From Callorhinchus milii (taxonomy: Eukaryota), in NCBI RefSeq assembly GCF_018977255.1, contig NW_024704742.1, forward strand, positions 59,212,001 to 59,276,000: DNA of 64,000 nt. The letters run 5' to 3'. Position 1 is the first letter of the stretch, and each line of letters starts with the position of its first letter. Shown piece by piece: positions 1-13,860 of the stretch. The notes below the pieces were generated by a model that did not search any database, was not told the DNA's origin, and was given only the letters and a program-made list of their open reading frames with translations. The translations under genes were made by a program, and so were the position numbers.

Positions 1-102
1 CCTGTACTCTCCTCTGGGAGTGGGTGAATGCTGAAACATGACTGTGACCGTGTCATGCCAGTCAATGTTTCAGGCAGCGGGAGGCAGACTTGTGGTTAAG
101 TA

Positions 103-812
103 TAAGCAAATTGCAAAATACTGCAGTTGCTGGAAAAACTGCAGATACAGCCTCTCTCTGTGGCTCCCTGGTTCATTCCTCCATCAACAACAACAGTTGC
201 TCTCCTCGTTCCTATGCCAGTGCAGGAGATGCAATACCTGCCCTTTTACCTCCGCCAATACCATTGTTCAGGGCCCCAAACACAGTTATCAAGTAAGACA
301 GCGATTTACGTGTGCTACCACCAATGTATTTTACTGCATTCGCTGCTCACAATGTGGTCTCCTCTACATTGGGGAGACCAAATGCAGATTGGGTGACTGA
401 TTTGCCGAACACCTCCATTCTGTCTGCAAGTACAACCCTGAGCTTCCGGTTTCTTGTCAACTCTCCCTCACACTCACACTCTGACCTCTCCATCCCTGGT
501 CTTCTACACTGTTCCAATGAACCACAGCCCAAGCTCGAGAAACAGCACCTCATTAATCTGCTGGGGACTTTACAGTCCTCTGGCCTCAATATTGATTTCA
601 ATAATTTCAGACCATAATAGCACACCTTCCCCCTCCCCCTCTTCTGAGACCATTACCACATCATCTGGGTCCCAGACACACCCTTTCTCTCTCTGGTCTG
701 CCTGTTTTGTTGCAATTACCACTCCCCTGGCCTTTGTTTTGCATTGTTAACACCTCTATTCCCCTGTTTTGTTGCAATCCCCCCCTTTGTTGTGCATCAT
801 TAACACATATTT
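103..812 (+). mobile_element. Penelope-like retroelement, 5' part: degenerate GIY-YIG endonuclease region and start of 3' UTR
   Basis: ORF 38..400 reads CRRCNTCPF...RFTCATTNVFYCIRCSQCGLLYIGETKCRLGD, then TGA and FAEH in frame; ORF 312..617 ends EKQHLINLLGTLQSSGLNIDFNNF. These are typical Penelope GIY-YIG C-terminal motifs, broken by a stop and a frameshift. Confidence 0.9.
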
Positions 813-1870
813 AACATAACATGTAGGAGCAGGAGTAGGCCATTCGGCCCTTCGAGCCTGCCCCACCATTCAATCATAGCTGATTTTCTAATCTAACTCC
901 AGCTAATAACCTAACCCTGACTTATCCCCATATCCCTTAATTCCTTTTGCAATAAGAAATCTATCTCAGTCTTGAAGATGTTTAAGGACTGAGCGTCAAC
1001 AGCCCTTTGGGGTAGTGAGTTCCATACATTCACCACCCTTTGAGTGAAGAAGTTCTTCCTCAACTCAGTGCGAAAGGCTGGCCTCTGATTTTAAGATTGT
1101 TACCCCTGGTTTTAGTTTCTCCAACCAAGAGAAACAATCTCCCACTATCTACTCTATCATGCCCTTTGATGATCTTATAGGTTTCTATAAGATCCCCTCT
1201 AATTCTTCTATATTCTAGAGAATATAGGCCCAAACTGATCAGCCTATCCTCGTAACTCAACCCCTTCATCCCTGGTACTAACCCAGTAAATCTACGCTGC
1301 ATCCCCTCCAAGGCAAGTACATCCTTCCTTAAATGAGGAGACCAAAACTGCACACAGTATTCCAGGTGTGATCTCACCAGGGCCCTATGCAGTTGCAGTA
1401 AGACTTCCCTACTCTTATACTCTAATCCTTTCATAATGAATGCTAACATACCGTTCGCCTTCCTAATTGTTTGCTGCACCGCAGACTAACTTTCTGTGAT
1501 TGGTGTACAAGTCCCTCTGGACGCTAACACATTCCAATCTCTCCCCTTCTAAAAAATAACCCGCTCTACTGTTTTTGCTACCTAGGTGGATGACTTCACA
1601 CTTCCCTACGTTATACTTCATCTGCCACCTACCTGCCCAATCACCTAACCTATCTATGTCTCGATGCATTTTTCTAATGTCGTCCTCTGTGTTGACACTT
1701 CCTCCTAGTTTTGTGTCATCCGCGAATTTAGATATATTAACCTTGTTGCCCTCATCTAGATCGTTGATGTAGATGGTAAATAGCTGAGGACCAAGTACTG
1801 ATCCTTGTGGCACTCCTCTAGTCACATCCCACCAATCTGAAAAGGACTTGTTTATCCCTACTCTTTGTTA
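813..1870 (-). mobile_element. CR1 LINE, 5'-truncated (RT C-terminus and 3' UTR), inserted into the Penelope element
   Basis: ORF 1463..1825(-) [31 protein letters not shown] and ORF 1060..1479(-) HLEYCVQFWSP..RGDLIETYKII. Minus-strand tail caggctcgaagggccgaatggcctactcctgctcc plus (ATGTT)n resembles the shark CR1 tail. Confidence 0.95.
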
Positions 1871-1872
1871 AC

Positions 1873-2076
1873 CCATCATCCCCTGTCCTCTATGCCACTT
1901 TCTCCTTTGTCTTCCTTGCCCTGCCTCCCCCCTCTCTGTTAGCCCTTAAAGACCTCTCCTTCCCAACATGCCCCAGTTCTGATGAAAGATCGTGAACGCG
2001 AAACGTTGATTCACTTTCCTTTCTCCATAGATGCCGCCTGACCTGCTGAGTGTTCCCAGCGACTTCTGTTTTTGTT
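1873..2076 (+). mobile_element. Penelope-like element, 3' part (pLTR/tail) resuming after the CR1 insertion
   Basis: Pyrimidine-rich UTR, then ctgatgaa...cgaaacgttga...gatgccgcctgacctgctgagtgttcccagcgacttctgtttttg, which I recognise as a chondrichthyan Penelope tail. Confidence 0.85.
1974..2012 (+). ncRNA. Degenerate minimal type I hammerhead ribozyme core in the Penelope pLTR
   Basis: cagtt-CTGATGA(1979)-aagatcgtgaacgc-GAAAC(2000)-GTT-gatt. Both conserved boxes are present, with palindromic AACGTT and a wobble-paired stem I; stem II is poorly paired. Confidence 0.6.
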
Positions 2077-2401
2077 TATGGCAAAGTAAGATGCATCTTG
2101 TCAATATTATAAAGCTCCATCTGAATCTGTGCTGTTCTATATTGTTAAAATCACATTGAGCGGGGAATTAAATTTTGTAATTGAAGTATATTGTTTGACA
2201 AAGCTGTGTCTAGTTCCTAAAATTGTATACCAACACATGTATTTACATGATTGTTGGCTAGGACACCGTTAGAAACTTCTTTCTTCTTTCAAGTGGTGCC
2301 ACAGCATCTTTAACGTCCACCTCAACTGGCAGATTTTTCCTCGGTTTAACACTTCATCTGAAGGGTAATGCCTCCATCAATGCAGCAATACATTGGAATT
2401 T

Positions 2402-2560
2402 CATAAGAACATAAGAAACGCTAGACAAAAAAAGATCTAGTTTGCCTTCCTACTTCCTGGCAGTCGCATGCACATATGTCCCGAACTACCTATGTACTAT
2501 ATCCTATAATATTATTTCCTAACAGAAAACTATATAATCTGTGTTTGAAGGAATCAACAT
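2402..2560 (-). mobile_element. Old CR1 3' tail fragment
   Basis: cataagaacataagaa terminal repeat ((TTCTTATG)n on minus), typical of a CR1 3' end. Confidence 0.55.
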
Positions 2561-5500
2561 TTCATGCTTCAACCGTCTCCCAGCCTGAACTGTACAAGTT
2601 CAAAGTTCTGACACAGTGATTGAACCCACAACATTCTGATATAGAGGCACAGGTGCATCCAAATCAGGTGTTTGTTGGCGAGGACAACCGGGAGAAACTC
2701 CTCTCTTTTCAAGTACTGCCACAAGATCTTTAGCTTCCACCTGTTCGGGAAGATGGGCCCTCGGGTTAACATCTCGGATAACCCTCGGTGTGCTGCCCAA
2801 CAATCACTTTCGCAACATGAATCACACTATATAAAACTGACACATAGCTTTCTATCATTAAAATAAACAGAATGATTTATCATTGAAAAAAGCATCTCCT
2901 TTGGTGATACCCAGGTGAAGACAAAGAGCAGAACAGGAACATCCATATGTTCCCGTGTCCCGACAATGATATGAACATGCATATATAACTCTCAAATCAC
3001 CAGATTTAATAACACAGCGAAAACAATGTAACTGGAGACCTTTTGCTGCACAAAAACACAAACCAAACAGCTTGCTGCAAAATACTTCTAGTTTGGTTCC
3101 TAATTGCTCTTTTGACCTATTGAGAATGTTTGTCCATCTTAAACCAAGTTGGGGAAATGAGTATATGATCTCCAATGATAATTAACACATCACACTCCTT
3201 TCCCCTTCCCATATCACATTCCCTTCATATAAATTGCAACATTATATTATTTTAATAATATATTCAATGTCTTCAAGAAAAATGGAGAAGACAGACCCAC
3301 ATGTTTTTTCAAAGCAACAAATAGAAACTTACATTTGTCTCACCAACATTTGGAAATGATTTTGCCTCTTTCCTGCCAAGTTTGCTTTGAACTGTTTATC
3401 CCAGCTTGATTGATTTATAATGATACAGACTATCCTTTACCAAGGACACAATCAATGAGGGGAAAACACAATACTCGTAAACGTATTCCCTTCCTTAAAT
3501 GAGACATTCCTTAATTAAGAAATGATTTATTGACTGAAAAGAAAATCCAGCTAAAATGTATTCTCAAATCTTGTTCTTAACAGGTTTAGGTGTGAACACC
3601 ATCCGATTCTGGACAATGCTTTCTCCCACAAGCTTTCCAGATTCTAAGACAAGAATTTTGTTTGTTCAGTAAAATCATAATCCTTGCATTTGGTAGAATG
3701 CTCTTCACATCAGGAAGACGTTTCAAAGCACTCAACAGGATTTACTGTAATGTCCAGTGACTATTTTAAAAGCGAATGTGGCAGCCAATTTTCACACAGC
3801 AATGTTCAACGAACAACCATGAATTGAATGACCATTTTTTTTCTTTGGGGAATTGTTGATGAGGACACTAGAGGAAACTCCCTTTTCCTTTTGTTAGTTA
3901 GTGAGGGTTAGTTAGTGAGGATTCCAGGCTTTTTCTCCAGCAGGGTGGATGCTGTTCCATTTTTTCAATTCCATTTTTTTAATCTTAATATTAAGGCTCA
4001 CTGATCAAAGCGTGTTAAATCACTTATCTTGCAGCTTGGAACATTTGGGATTCTCCCTTGATAATTTAGAGTTTTCATAACCTGTTTGTTGTTCAATTTA
4101 CTGATATATATTTCTTAAATTGCTTCTTTGAGCAAATGAGATGTCTGTTATATGAGAACTCTCTTATAGAAGGGTTATATATTCCCTTTTAAGCACGACA
4201 ATCCATCCAGTTTTAGCAAACATGTTTTCAAATCTCAAATTGTTGTTAAGATCTGCCTCTGATGCCTTCCATGAATCTATCTGGATTTGTTTATCATGAG
4301 CATTACGTATTTTCGAAGCCCTGAAAACATGTATAGAATAATGATAAAGCCACCTATCACTTCATATTGACCCTGTTTTCTTTGATTAAATTTTGGTCTT
4401 TCATAGATTACACTTTGGTGTATCATGAAATATTCATCAAATTTTGCTTTGACCAGGTCAAATTTTAACTTAGATTGCTATGGATATTGTCAATCTATAT
4501 GTCATCCACTTCAGCTCCCTTGGAGTAAACAAGGGTATTCACCTGTTCCACTCTGGATTGACACTTGGGTAACTTCTTCAATGGAAATATTTGCACCTCA
4601 TATTGTTGAAATGTATCAAAATTGAATAGTCTTGGAAATGGAATCTGGAATAATACTGGGGCCTGACATTCTGGTCATCTGTCTCAATCTTTTCACTCAG
4701 GCATATTTGGGAAACAGCAATGATTTGACAACAGCAACAGCAAATATGACAACACGATTGTATTTACATAGCACCCTTCTTGTAATTTGATGTGTCAGAG
4801 ATCTTAAACTGCATAAAATGTCATCCAAATATGCTTGTGCTTGTATAGAGTAGGTAATCACTTTGGATACCATGATGTGCTGATAGGTTCAACGCAAAAT
4901 AAAGATGGTAAATTTTCCAGAGCTTTTATTCTCCAAATTAACTTACTTGCCACGCCTAACAAACTCTCTGGTCTCCTTGAAGCACACCGACCCAGCCGCT
5001 CCCTTCTCTCAACGTACACTGATTTGTCTCATGTGCTCTACCCGATCCATCCCACCATGAAGCAGGCTTTCAGCAATTCTGCCCCTTTCTCTGGAATTCA
5101 GTCACAGAGTCTCCCCAACTTGCTCCTAAACTTTGCACATCTAAAAACTTGCCTTTTTGACCAGGCTTTCAGTCATCTTTCCCTTCCCTTGGTTTCACTC
5201 CTTATGGCTTCTTGAGACGACCCACAGCATTTTGCTTAAAGTGACATACTATTGTAAAGTGCAGTGACTGTGTATTTTTAGGCAAAAGTTGTAAACTGAG
5301 AATGTAAAAGGTGTGACATTCCCCTCTCCCCTCGAGCAGTATAATTATTGGGACCAAAGTTGATGCACAGATTTTAGCGCCACCAGAGTTTTTTGTTTCA
5401 TATCATACCAGCTATCTTAGTTTTATTCTGACACCATGAGAAATTTCAGGCTTCTTCCCTTTCCTGACCATTAACTAGTTTCTGTTTTTTGGTCAATACC

Positions 5501-6559
5501 ACACCACACCTTTTAGTCCACCAGAGAAGTGAGTCAATGTCGTTCCAAGGTACATTTCAGCTCGGAACATGACCAAATTGATTTGATCTCTGGATGAAGT
5601 CTGGATCATTTAACTGGTAGATAGTGCCAATCGAGGCAGTAACATTCCACTTGAGAACGGCCAACATTCACCCAAACCTTATGTTTCATCTTTCTTCAGG
5701 GCAAGTGTTAGCCAGAGATGCCAGTTGCTCCTTTGCTGAGTAATTTCAGGTTATCTGGAGAGTTGTCTATCTGTGTTAGATTGAAGCAGGCATTACCTTC
5801 AGCTGAAGAAAAACTAATTAGGTGTCACCATCAATGGCTGCAAGGCAGATTTCAGCATAACCATGTGGTCCGCTTTTTTACTATGCAGACAATCCTATGG
5901 TAGCAATCAAAGCTTTTGGGGAATTCTTGCAGTTGGAGCAGATCACTGATATCGCTTACTGGTATATAACAAATGAACAAGCATGGTATTATTAGCACAT
6001 TAGATAGTATATTGTTGCCCAGAGAATTTCACTCTCCTTGAGCACCTATGCTCAAACGATTTTAAAGGGACTAAATCCTGCTGTAGGAGGTTGTCAAATC
6101 ATGTTTTTGGAATCTACTTTGCCACCAACAATCATGCCAAAGGGGGTTACAGAAATTATAGTTATAGCCCTGTTTATTACCTTATACAGTCAGATTAGTT
6201 TTCAGATATCAAGTGTCAGGATTGTTGCAAGATGCAAGTGCCACTGAGGCATGATGGGATGACCCTGAAAGCCACAAATATTTGTGTGTTACGATGTGAA
6301 TTTAAATTTAATTCATTTGGATCATCAATTTATGATTGATGAACATAAACAACTTCCCATTGCCAGCAGACGTAAACTGGCATCTGCGTCACTTCACCAC
6401 TCGACAGCTCTGATACAAGATTTATATCTGAATGAACTGGTGAGACTTTAAACATGTTTATTTTATTCTTTCTCTCTTCCCTTCCCCTGACACATAGCTC
6501 TATGCTGTTGTTCTGTTTCCTCTTGCTAGAGAGTGGTTCAATGGGCACTGATTACTCCT

Positions 6560-7140
6560 TTGTTTTCACCTTCACCACATTGCTCACTGATGCCCTTGTC
6601 TCATACCAAGTGCTACCAAAACCCATATTCATGTGTTGGTTACCTCCTGATTGGACTTTTCAAATACACTCTTTGTCAGTCTCCCTTGGTTCATCATCCA
6701 TATGTTCCAACTGATTCATATAAAGGCCACATCTTCACTAATCTCTGCATGCCCATCACCCCATTTCCGCTAAGCTCCTCTGGCTTCACTGGCTCCCTGT
6801 CTCTCTATGAATTGATTTCACAGTCCTGACCCTCAATTTTAAATCACTCCGTTCCTGAGCACTTCTCTATCATTGATCTGCTCCTACTCCACTTTTTTGC
6901 TTGCCTCTATTGCTTGGCTAAACAGGGCTTGCTTTCCATCCCCAACTGCCCCTGTGCCACCATTGGAGGTTGTAGCTTCAGCTACTACAGTCATAAGTTC
7001 TGGAACCTTCATCCTCTGCCCCAACATCTTATCCCCTCTTTTTCCTTCTATAAACCCGACCTGAAAAACTACCTCATTGACTACACCTAGAGACACTTCT
7101 CCCTTCAGTATTTACTCAATTGGATCTACAATATAAAAGT
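6560..7140 (+). mobile_element. Old, degraded L2 3' fragment
   Basis: Pyrimidine-rich remnants (cactggctccct, ctggaaccttc, ctgaaaaactacctcattgac) colinear with the younger L2 copies in the window. Confidence 0.6.
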
Positions 7141-8786
7141 GCTCAATATCAAATCGGATGTGATGAATCTAGTTGTCGTTCATATCCATATTCATACATC
7201 CACGCATGCACACCACATGCAGACAAACAACTTTATTTTCCTTTGCTCACTATTATTTGGATTCAGATAGAAAAATAAAGGTTGAACGATACGACAAGAT
7301 GTTTAACTTACAATGTTCTATCATGCCCCTTCTCCCTTCAGTCCTGACTTTATCCTGTGCCTGTATCACATTACTTTAGTTTCTTAGTTTTATCTCCATT
7401 CACATTTGTTTTAATTAATTTGGCTGAGCATAGGAAGTGGGGCCTCCTGGCTCATGACATATTTATACTGTGGGACAGCTCGATGAAACAAGAGGCATTA
7501 TATAAAAAAAAGCATGCAAGCTCCACAAATCCTGCCCTGGCATGACTCGTTCATCTTCCTGCCCAGTGTTTGCCTCCATCCTCGCACATATGTACACACA
7601 GTGCTTCTCTGCTACAAAAAATTAAAATGAAAATAAATCATGCAAAAAAGGCTATCTATGCAATTGAATACACGGATGTGTTTTCCACCTTTTTTGGTGC
7701 GTTTTATTTACCTTCTAATTTTAACACAACAGTGTAGGATTGCACAGAAGTGAGAAAGAACAGCATATGTGGCAGAAGTGGACAGAAAAAATACTAATAA
7801 TCCTTGCATTTGATATCGCACTTTTTACGTCTAGAAAGCGTCTCAAAATGGTTTACAGAATTTACTCTAAATTGTAACAACCGTAGATGAACACATCAGG
7901 CAATTTACACACAGCAACATCCCACAAACATTCAAGATGTGAATGACCTATTCTATCTGGGGATTGGTCACCAGGAGAAACTCCTCCCCTTTTTGAATAA
8001 TGCAATGGCATCCAAAATGTTCACCTGACCAGGCAAACAGGAATATGGTTCATTGGCTCACACAGTTACTGCACTTACAGTATATCCTGTAACGCACTTT
8101 GAGACCCACATGCTGCATGAAAGACACCACATCAAATGTAAGGATTGTTATTAATGTTATTATGATTTTAAGGAATCCAAGTCATAAAAAAATAGGGATT
8201 TCTGGCTAGTTACCAGCAGACTTGTGAGAGCTCGACTCCAAAATAATTTTAGAGCAAAGTAACCATAGTCTGATGGGATTAAGAAATACCACAAACTAAA
8301 CCCCATAGCATGGGGAAAACAATGTGGCTGATAAGTAAAATTGAATTCATACATTTTTTCAATTAATTTCTTTCTCAAAAGGCTATCAACTAATTCTTAA
8401 CATTTGCCAAGGCAATCTACCTCCACTGCATATAACCAATTCCACTTATTCACTACTCTGTACAGTAAGTTGTACCTAATGCAACAGCATTCAATTCAGA
8501 AACTGAAAAGTGTTTTAAAATATCAACACTGTGCTTTTTAGAGATGAGAGACAAAATTGAAGCTGATATTGGCCAGATTGTGTTGGAACAGAAGAGCTTG
8601 CAATGAATAATAAACATTTTGTTTTTTTAAAAAATCCACAGAAATAATAAAGTCTTCCAAAATGTTTTCTATTTTAATGACATGGTAACTTTTATAATCG
8701 TATTCAAAATGAAAAGAACCTCGTGGAGAAAATATGTATTTTTGAGGTTTTGTCAATATATTCCATGTTTTCAATGTTCAACTTAC

Positions 8787-8850
8787 AGACAAACTTAACA
8801 AATCTTTGTTGGTCCTTGTTGCTAGTATTACTGTTGTTATTTAAAATAAT
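8787..8850 (-). other. Candidate 64-nt exon
   Basis: Acceptor ttttttattttctttcag, donor tct|gtaagt; frame IILNNNSNTSNKDQQRFVKFV. Confidence 0.3.
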
Positions 8851-11800
8851 CTGAAAGAAAATAAAAAATTATTGTTTAGCACATCGCAGCTGCAGCATTT
8901 CTCAGGAACAAATGGACTCCTGAGAGAAACAAATATACAAGAAACCTAAATTGTATTAATGAATAGCCAAATGCAGCACTAAATTTGCCTCAGTGGGCAC
9001 TTTCTACTCAAACTATTTCACTTGTTATGTATATAATATGAATGAAAACAACTCCTCAAGGATGACAGAAATTTCAACAGTGCAGAAAACCATGCATTGA
9101 CAAAGGCAAAATAATCATTGCAGTTACATCAAGGCATTTAACCCTGACCTATAGACCGTACCTCTCCTCTCCCCTGCATACATAATACTAATTCCGGCCA
9201 GAGAAAAAATAATCTTTTCAGCCAATGCTTAGCTCCTCATGGTCCTGAACAAACGTAATAGGCCATTGCATTCCAGACATCAAGATATTCTCTGTTTCCG
9301 AAGGATGCTCCTAGATATAATGGACTAAACTTCAAACTATGACAGACACTGCATGTTGAAACCAAAATCCATGCCCTGATGAGTTCAACAAGCCCCTGGC
9401 AAACATTATGCTCTGTTGGGTGCACTAGGTCTGAGGCAATGCAATAAGCTAAAGGATTCCTAAAAAGTCACCATGGATACTGATGCTAGATTTGACGTTG
9501 AAGTGTGAGAGAGATTTGAAATTGTGGGGATCACTTCTATACCTGATTTAAAAGTGCAAATTTGTACTGCATTTGATCGAAACTGAACTGAATTTGACCT
9601 CTTCTGAGTTTGGTATAAGAAAACAAATCTTAATAAGTTCTGAAAAACTTAGATTAGAAGGCGTTTATCCATTTAAGTAAACCAGTGATGCTGGTCATGG
9701 TTATTACATTTCCTTCTCCTGATGGCCATTGTTGCTGTTTGCTTGATCACTCATGCTCATAGCAATTCAAACATATTGCTTTTTGTTGGGTGTGTGCCCT
9801 ATTTGCATACTCAGTCTAGACCTCCTTTTTCCAATATAGATGAGATGCACAGCCTTGTAATGGGTGTGTGAATCCATTTAATTCTTAATGAAATAGGTTC
9901 AGAGGTGGTCAGTGTTCAAGCTTCTTGGAGCAGGTTAAGTAGCATCGTCTCTCATCGTTACCAGTAACAAGGAAGTGTGAGGCTGCATTAGGCAATGCCA
10001 AACTACAGCCTATTCCAATATGTATTATTTGGATTGTTGTTTAGACCAGTGATCTGGATTTGACTAGATTTTTATTTTGTTAAAACTCAAGTGAAAATCT
10101 GTTTAATGCACCTGCCATTTCCTGACAATCTACATATTTTCTCAACTCAAGTTATGTGGTCTTTAACATTCATACTTGCAAGCTTTCCTGTCTCTAGGAA
10201 TTCACTGGTACTGGTGGTGAGGATAGACTTTGCTGTCCAGTGCTAATATAAATAATAAAAAAAACGAAGAAAAAAAAGGGATTTTGCTTTCCTCTACCTG
10301 CAAGTTGCTTCTCGATTGCCCACTTCTGAATTATTTTCAGATCTCGCAAGCTGATCTTTGTGTCCTCAGTACGCTTTGTTTCCCTGTATCTGCTAAATAT
10401 TTCTGTTTGATCTTTAGCTTAAACTTGATCTCTTTATTCAGGCATTGTTATCTTGCCTTACTAACTTTCCCCTTTTTCTAATTTAAATTTATTTCTTTTC
10501 CACATTCCTAAAAATTGTCTTTAAAAATTTAATTTGTCTTTCTGTTATTTTAGTTCTGCTTTACCATCCCCAGAGCTCTTTTCAGAGCTTCAAAGTTACT
10601 TGTAAAGACATAGCCCTCGCTATTATTATTTTAGAATTAAAATAACATTTTAGCTCAACCGTTCGCTCACTTCCAAATTTCTGATACACTGTTCTGTATA
10701 AAGGCCACTGAATCCAAATTTCATCTGATCAGCTATTTACCATGGTTTCATTCGTGGCTTGCAATTGTGAACAATAGCAGTCTTCAATTACTATATTGTT
10801 ATAATTCATAATTCTACCAGAGGAAATTCTGCACAAAATGTCTGTTACCATTCTGCCTTTGACCAGCTGTTAGAAGCACCAAAACAATGGTACACTGGAA
10901 ACTTGAGAGACAGCAGTACCTGTACAGATTACATCCATCACATCATGCAAGAACACAATGAGGCTATTCAGATGAATACACTTCCCCTTTAATGCTTCAA
11001 CCTGTATTCAGGTTATCTAAAGTTCAGCAGATCCTTGAAATACTTTGTGCTAAACAGAACACAGACAAAAGACAGAAAAGTATGGTCAGATTAGCTAAGG
11101 GCAGCACTCAGTTCAAACATGAGAAAGTGCCACTGTTCACTTTTTACTCTTTAGATCTCATGTTTTTTTATCCTTAGGTGGTTCTGCATGATATTTCCTC
11201 ATGCAAAATAACTTGCTTCATTAGACGTACAGTGTGAATCCATAATGTGGCTTCCCACAGTCAAAACAGCAGAGAATATTTTAACACTTTCCCTTGTTCC
11301 TCCTTCTCTGCTGCTTTGCAAAGAAAAGAAGTACTTTAAATCACAGAGCAAATGCAGCAGTTACAACTGGCTGACTAAAATAGAAGAAAAAAGAGAATTA
11401 AAGTACCTCTGTGTGTCCCTGCAGTCTTCCTTGCAACAGAAATGCATTCGCTAATGGCGGGAAAAGACCCTATAACTGAAATGGCACGTTTGAAGATCTT
11501 CAAGGTACCAAGCTGTACATGTGGGTGGGTGTTCTAAGAATATACTTTGAACCTGAACACACTTTGAGCTTGGTGCCAATATTAAATGTTTACCTCTATT
11601 AAATTTCTTGTCCATTCATTCTCTAATATGGCAACAAAGCAAATAAGGCAGTAGATGCTGGGAAATACTGCATTAATTGTATCTGTCCTTGGGGGCGGGG
11701 TGGGGTGGAGGGAGGAAGAAACCGGGGTTCTCCTTGGAGCTGAACTAGCTCCAAGAATATATCATCAGAATCCTCTGTCGTGGCATTTCCTGATCCAGGC

Positions 11801-13439
11801 AGGTCTGCAGTACTCCAGGGCACTGCTGATCACAACCCAGCCAACCTGGCTCATTGACAAGACTCGGAGGGGCAGATCAATCACTGGGGTCAGGGATTAT
11901 TCCTACTTAACTCCTGTTAACCCTCCAAGCTCATGTCCTAACAGGTAGGTTGGTCCTACCTGGACAAGCAGTGGGAAGCTTGCTAAACAATCGTGGCTGT
12001 ATTTGGTGAAGTTGATTTTGAACGTACGTGCCAAGAGATGCTCAAAAGAATATCAGAAGATAGATTACATATTAGTGGTTTCCAAAAATATATTAGAGTT
12101 TCTGTCAAACACAATTTAAGAAAACACGCCATACATGACATCAGCAAAGGTGGTTACAAAGAATGGTAAATGAACACTTCTCAAGTTAGATCCATTGATA
12201 TTATTTTACCGGACTTTGAGTTCACAGACAAAGCTGACACGACAATACAGTGTTGCATTGTCAGAGGTGTCAGAGTGGTAAACCTTCCACTTTAAAAGCA
12301 AAGTGCTACCAGCTGAGCCAGGCTGACGCATATGGCTACAGCTCCAAGATAATGGTTTGCTGTTTTTTATAAAAATATATGCTTTTGGATTATATTTTAA
12401 ATTCCCTAGACACTAAAGTTATGGCAACATTGAGCATATATAACAAACCATGCAAAGTAATTGTAATTTGAGATAAAAAAAACAATATGCTCTTAATCCA
12501 CAGCAAATAAACCAGTTTTCCCTGTTCAGGATAGATGCAGTAGAAGTCTATTTACTGTTTTCGTGGGACCACTTTAGAAAGTTTCACTTTTATTGTTATC
12601 AGTTCAGAGGGTTAAGAAGGGGATCCACAAAGGGTTTGAATGGTTAAGAAGTCCCGTATTGCACTGTTATTTATGTCATAAAATTGTATCAACAATAAAT
12701 GAAAGGACTCCTGATTTTATTCAATTTCGGTTATTTTACCAATAAAAATGTACTATATTTGTAGCTTGGCAGCCAAATACAATTGAAAAATACTGCAATT
12801 TGCTTTTATATCTCATATGCATGTGATATATAGGATGTTCAATAGGCTGTAAATCTTTGTTCTATGTGCTGGTGAATATGATTAGTGACCATTCTTGGCA
12901 ATAACTCTCATGATAGCAGCAGGGTTTCATATTAATCAACCATAACCTTTTTTTCTTCTTAAGCAGAAAACTTTTTTTTCTTTTACAGTGAAACAACTGC
13001 TCAGAATTATTTCTGCTTAATTTATCATGCGCTTTGAGGCAAGGCTTGATTAATGTTTCATATTCTTAAAGAGACCAGATTCACAATTTTTGTTGGTCTA
13101 AAAAGGCAGTGTTTTGGGTCAAATTTCATTAACACGGAGTGCGGAGGGTGTTAATAGTTCATGCTCAATTACGTCAGCCAGGGTACATCTGCTATCAAGT
13201 TGCATTCAGCAGATTTGCTTTAACTCAACAAATACAATATTTGTTGACTTCTTGACTTGTTCTTGTAGCAATCCCAGGTGTGCGGATATGTAGAATTTTC
13301 TGGAAGATAAATCTTTTGTGTTGTGAATCTTGCAATTTTGAGCCCACTATTCAAAATGCCCTTTGGAGTTGCATTTTAAAGTGTTGTCACTCTCCTCCTT
13401 AAAAAGCACAGAGTTCCATAGGTTCCATAGGTGTCAACA

Positions 13440-13860
13440 GGACACCTCACCTCTGAGTCAGAAGATTGTGGATTCAAGAGCCACATCAGGCCTTTAAAGT
13501 CATATAGACTAAATTGACACGACAATGCAGTAGTGGGATGTGCTGTATTGTCAGAGGTGCTACATTGTCAGATGTGCCATCCATAGAATGAGATGTTAAA
13601 CCAAGGTCCCGTTTTCTTGTTCAGATGGACATTAAGGATCCCATAGCATGATTCAAAGAATGTCCTTGCTAACAATCGCCAAAATTAAAATTGGTGATTC
13701 ATTCCATGGTTGTTTGTGGGACATTGCTGTAAGCAAATTGATTGCGGTTCATCCACAAAAGCAAACTGCATGACTTTACAACATATCCTGTGAAGTGCTT
13801 AGTACATTCTCCTGACTTGAAAGGCGCTGTAACAAATGCAAGGAATGTTATTATCATCAT
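13440..13860 (+). mobile_element. Older tRNA-derived SINE (Deu-domain type, AmnSINE1/SacSINE1-like) with L2-type tail
   Basis: Head ctctgagtcagaagattgtggattcaag, core ttgtcagaggtgc...gagatgttaaaccaaggtcc...ttaaggatcccatagc, tail gaaaggcgctgtaacaaatgcaagga. Confidence 0.75.

Noticed and set aside
2569..2803. Overlapping 67-aa minus-strand ORFs
   Set aside because: No recognisable domain or convincing splice context.
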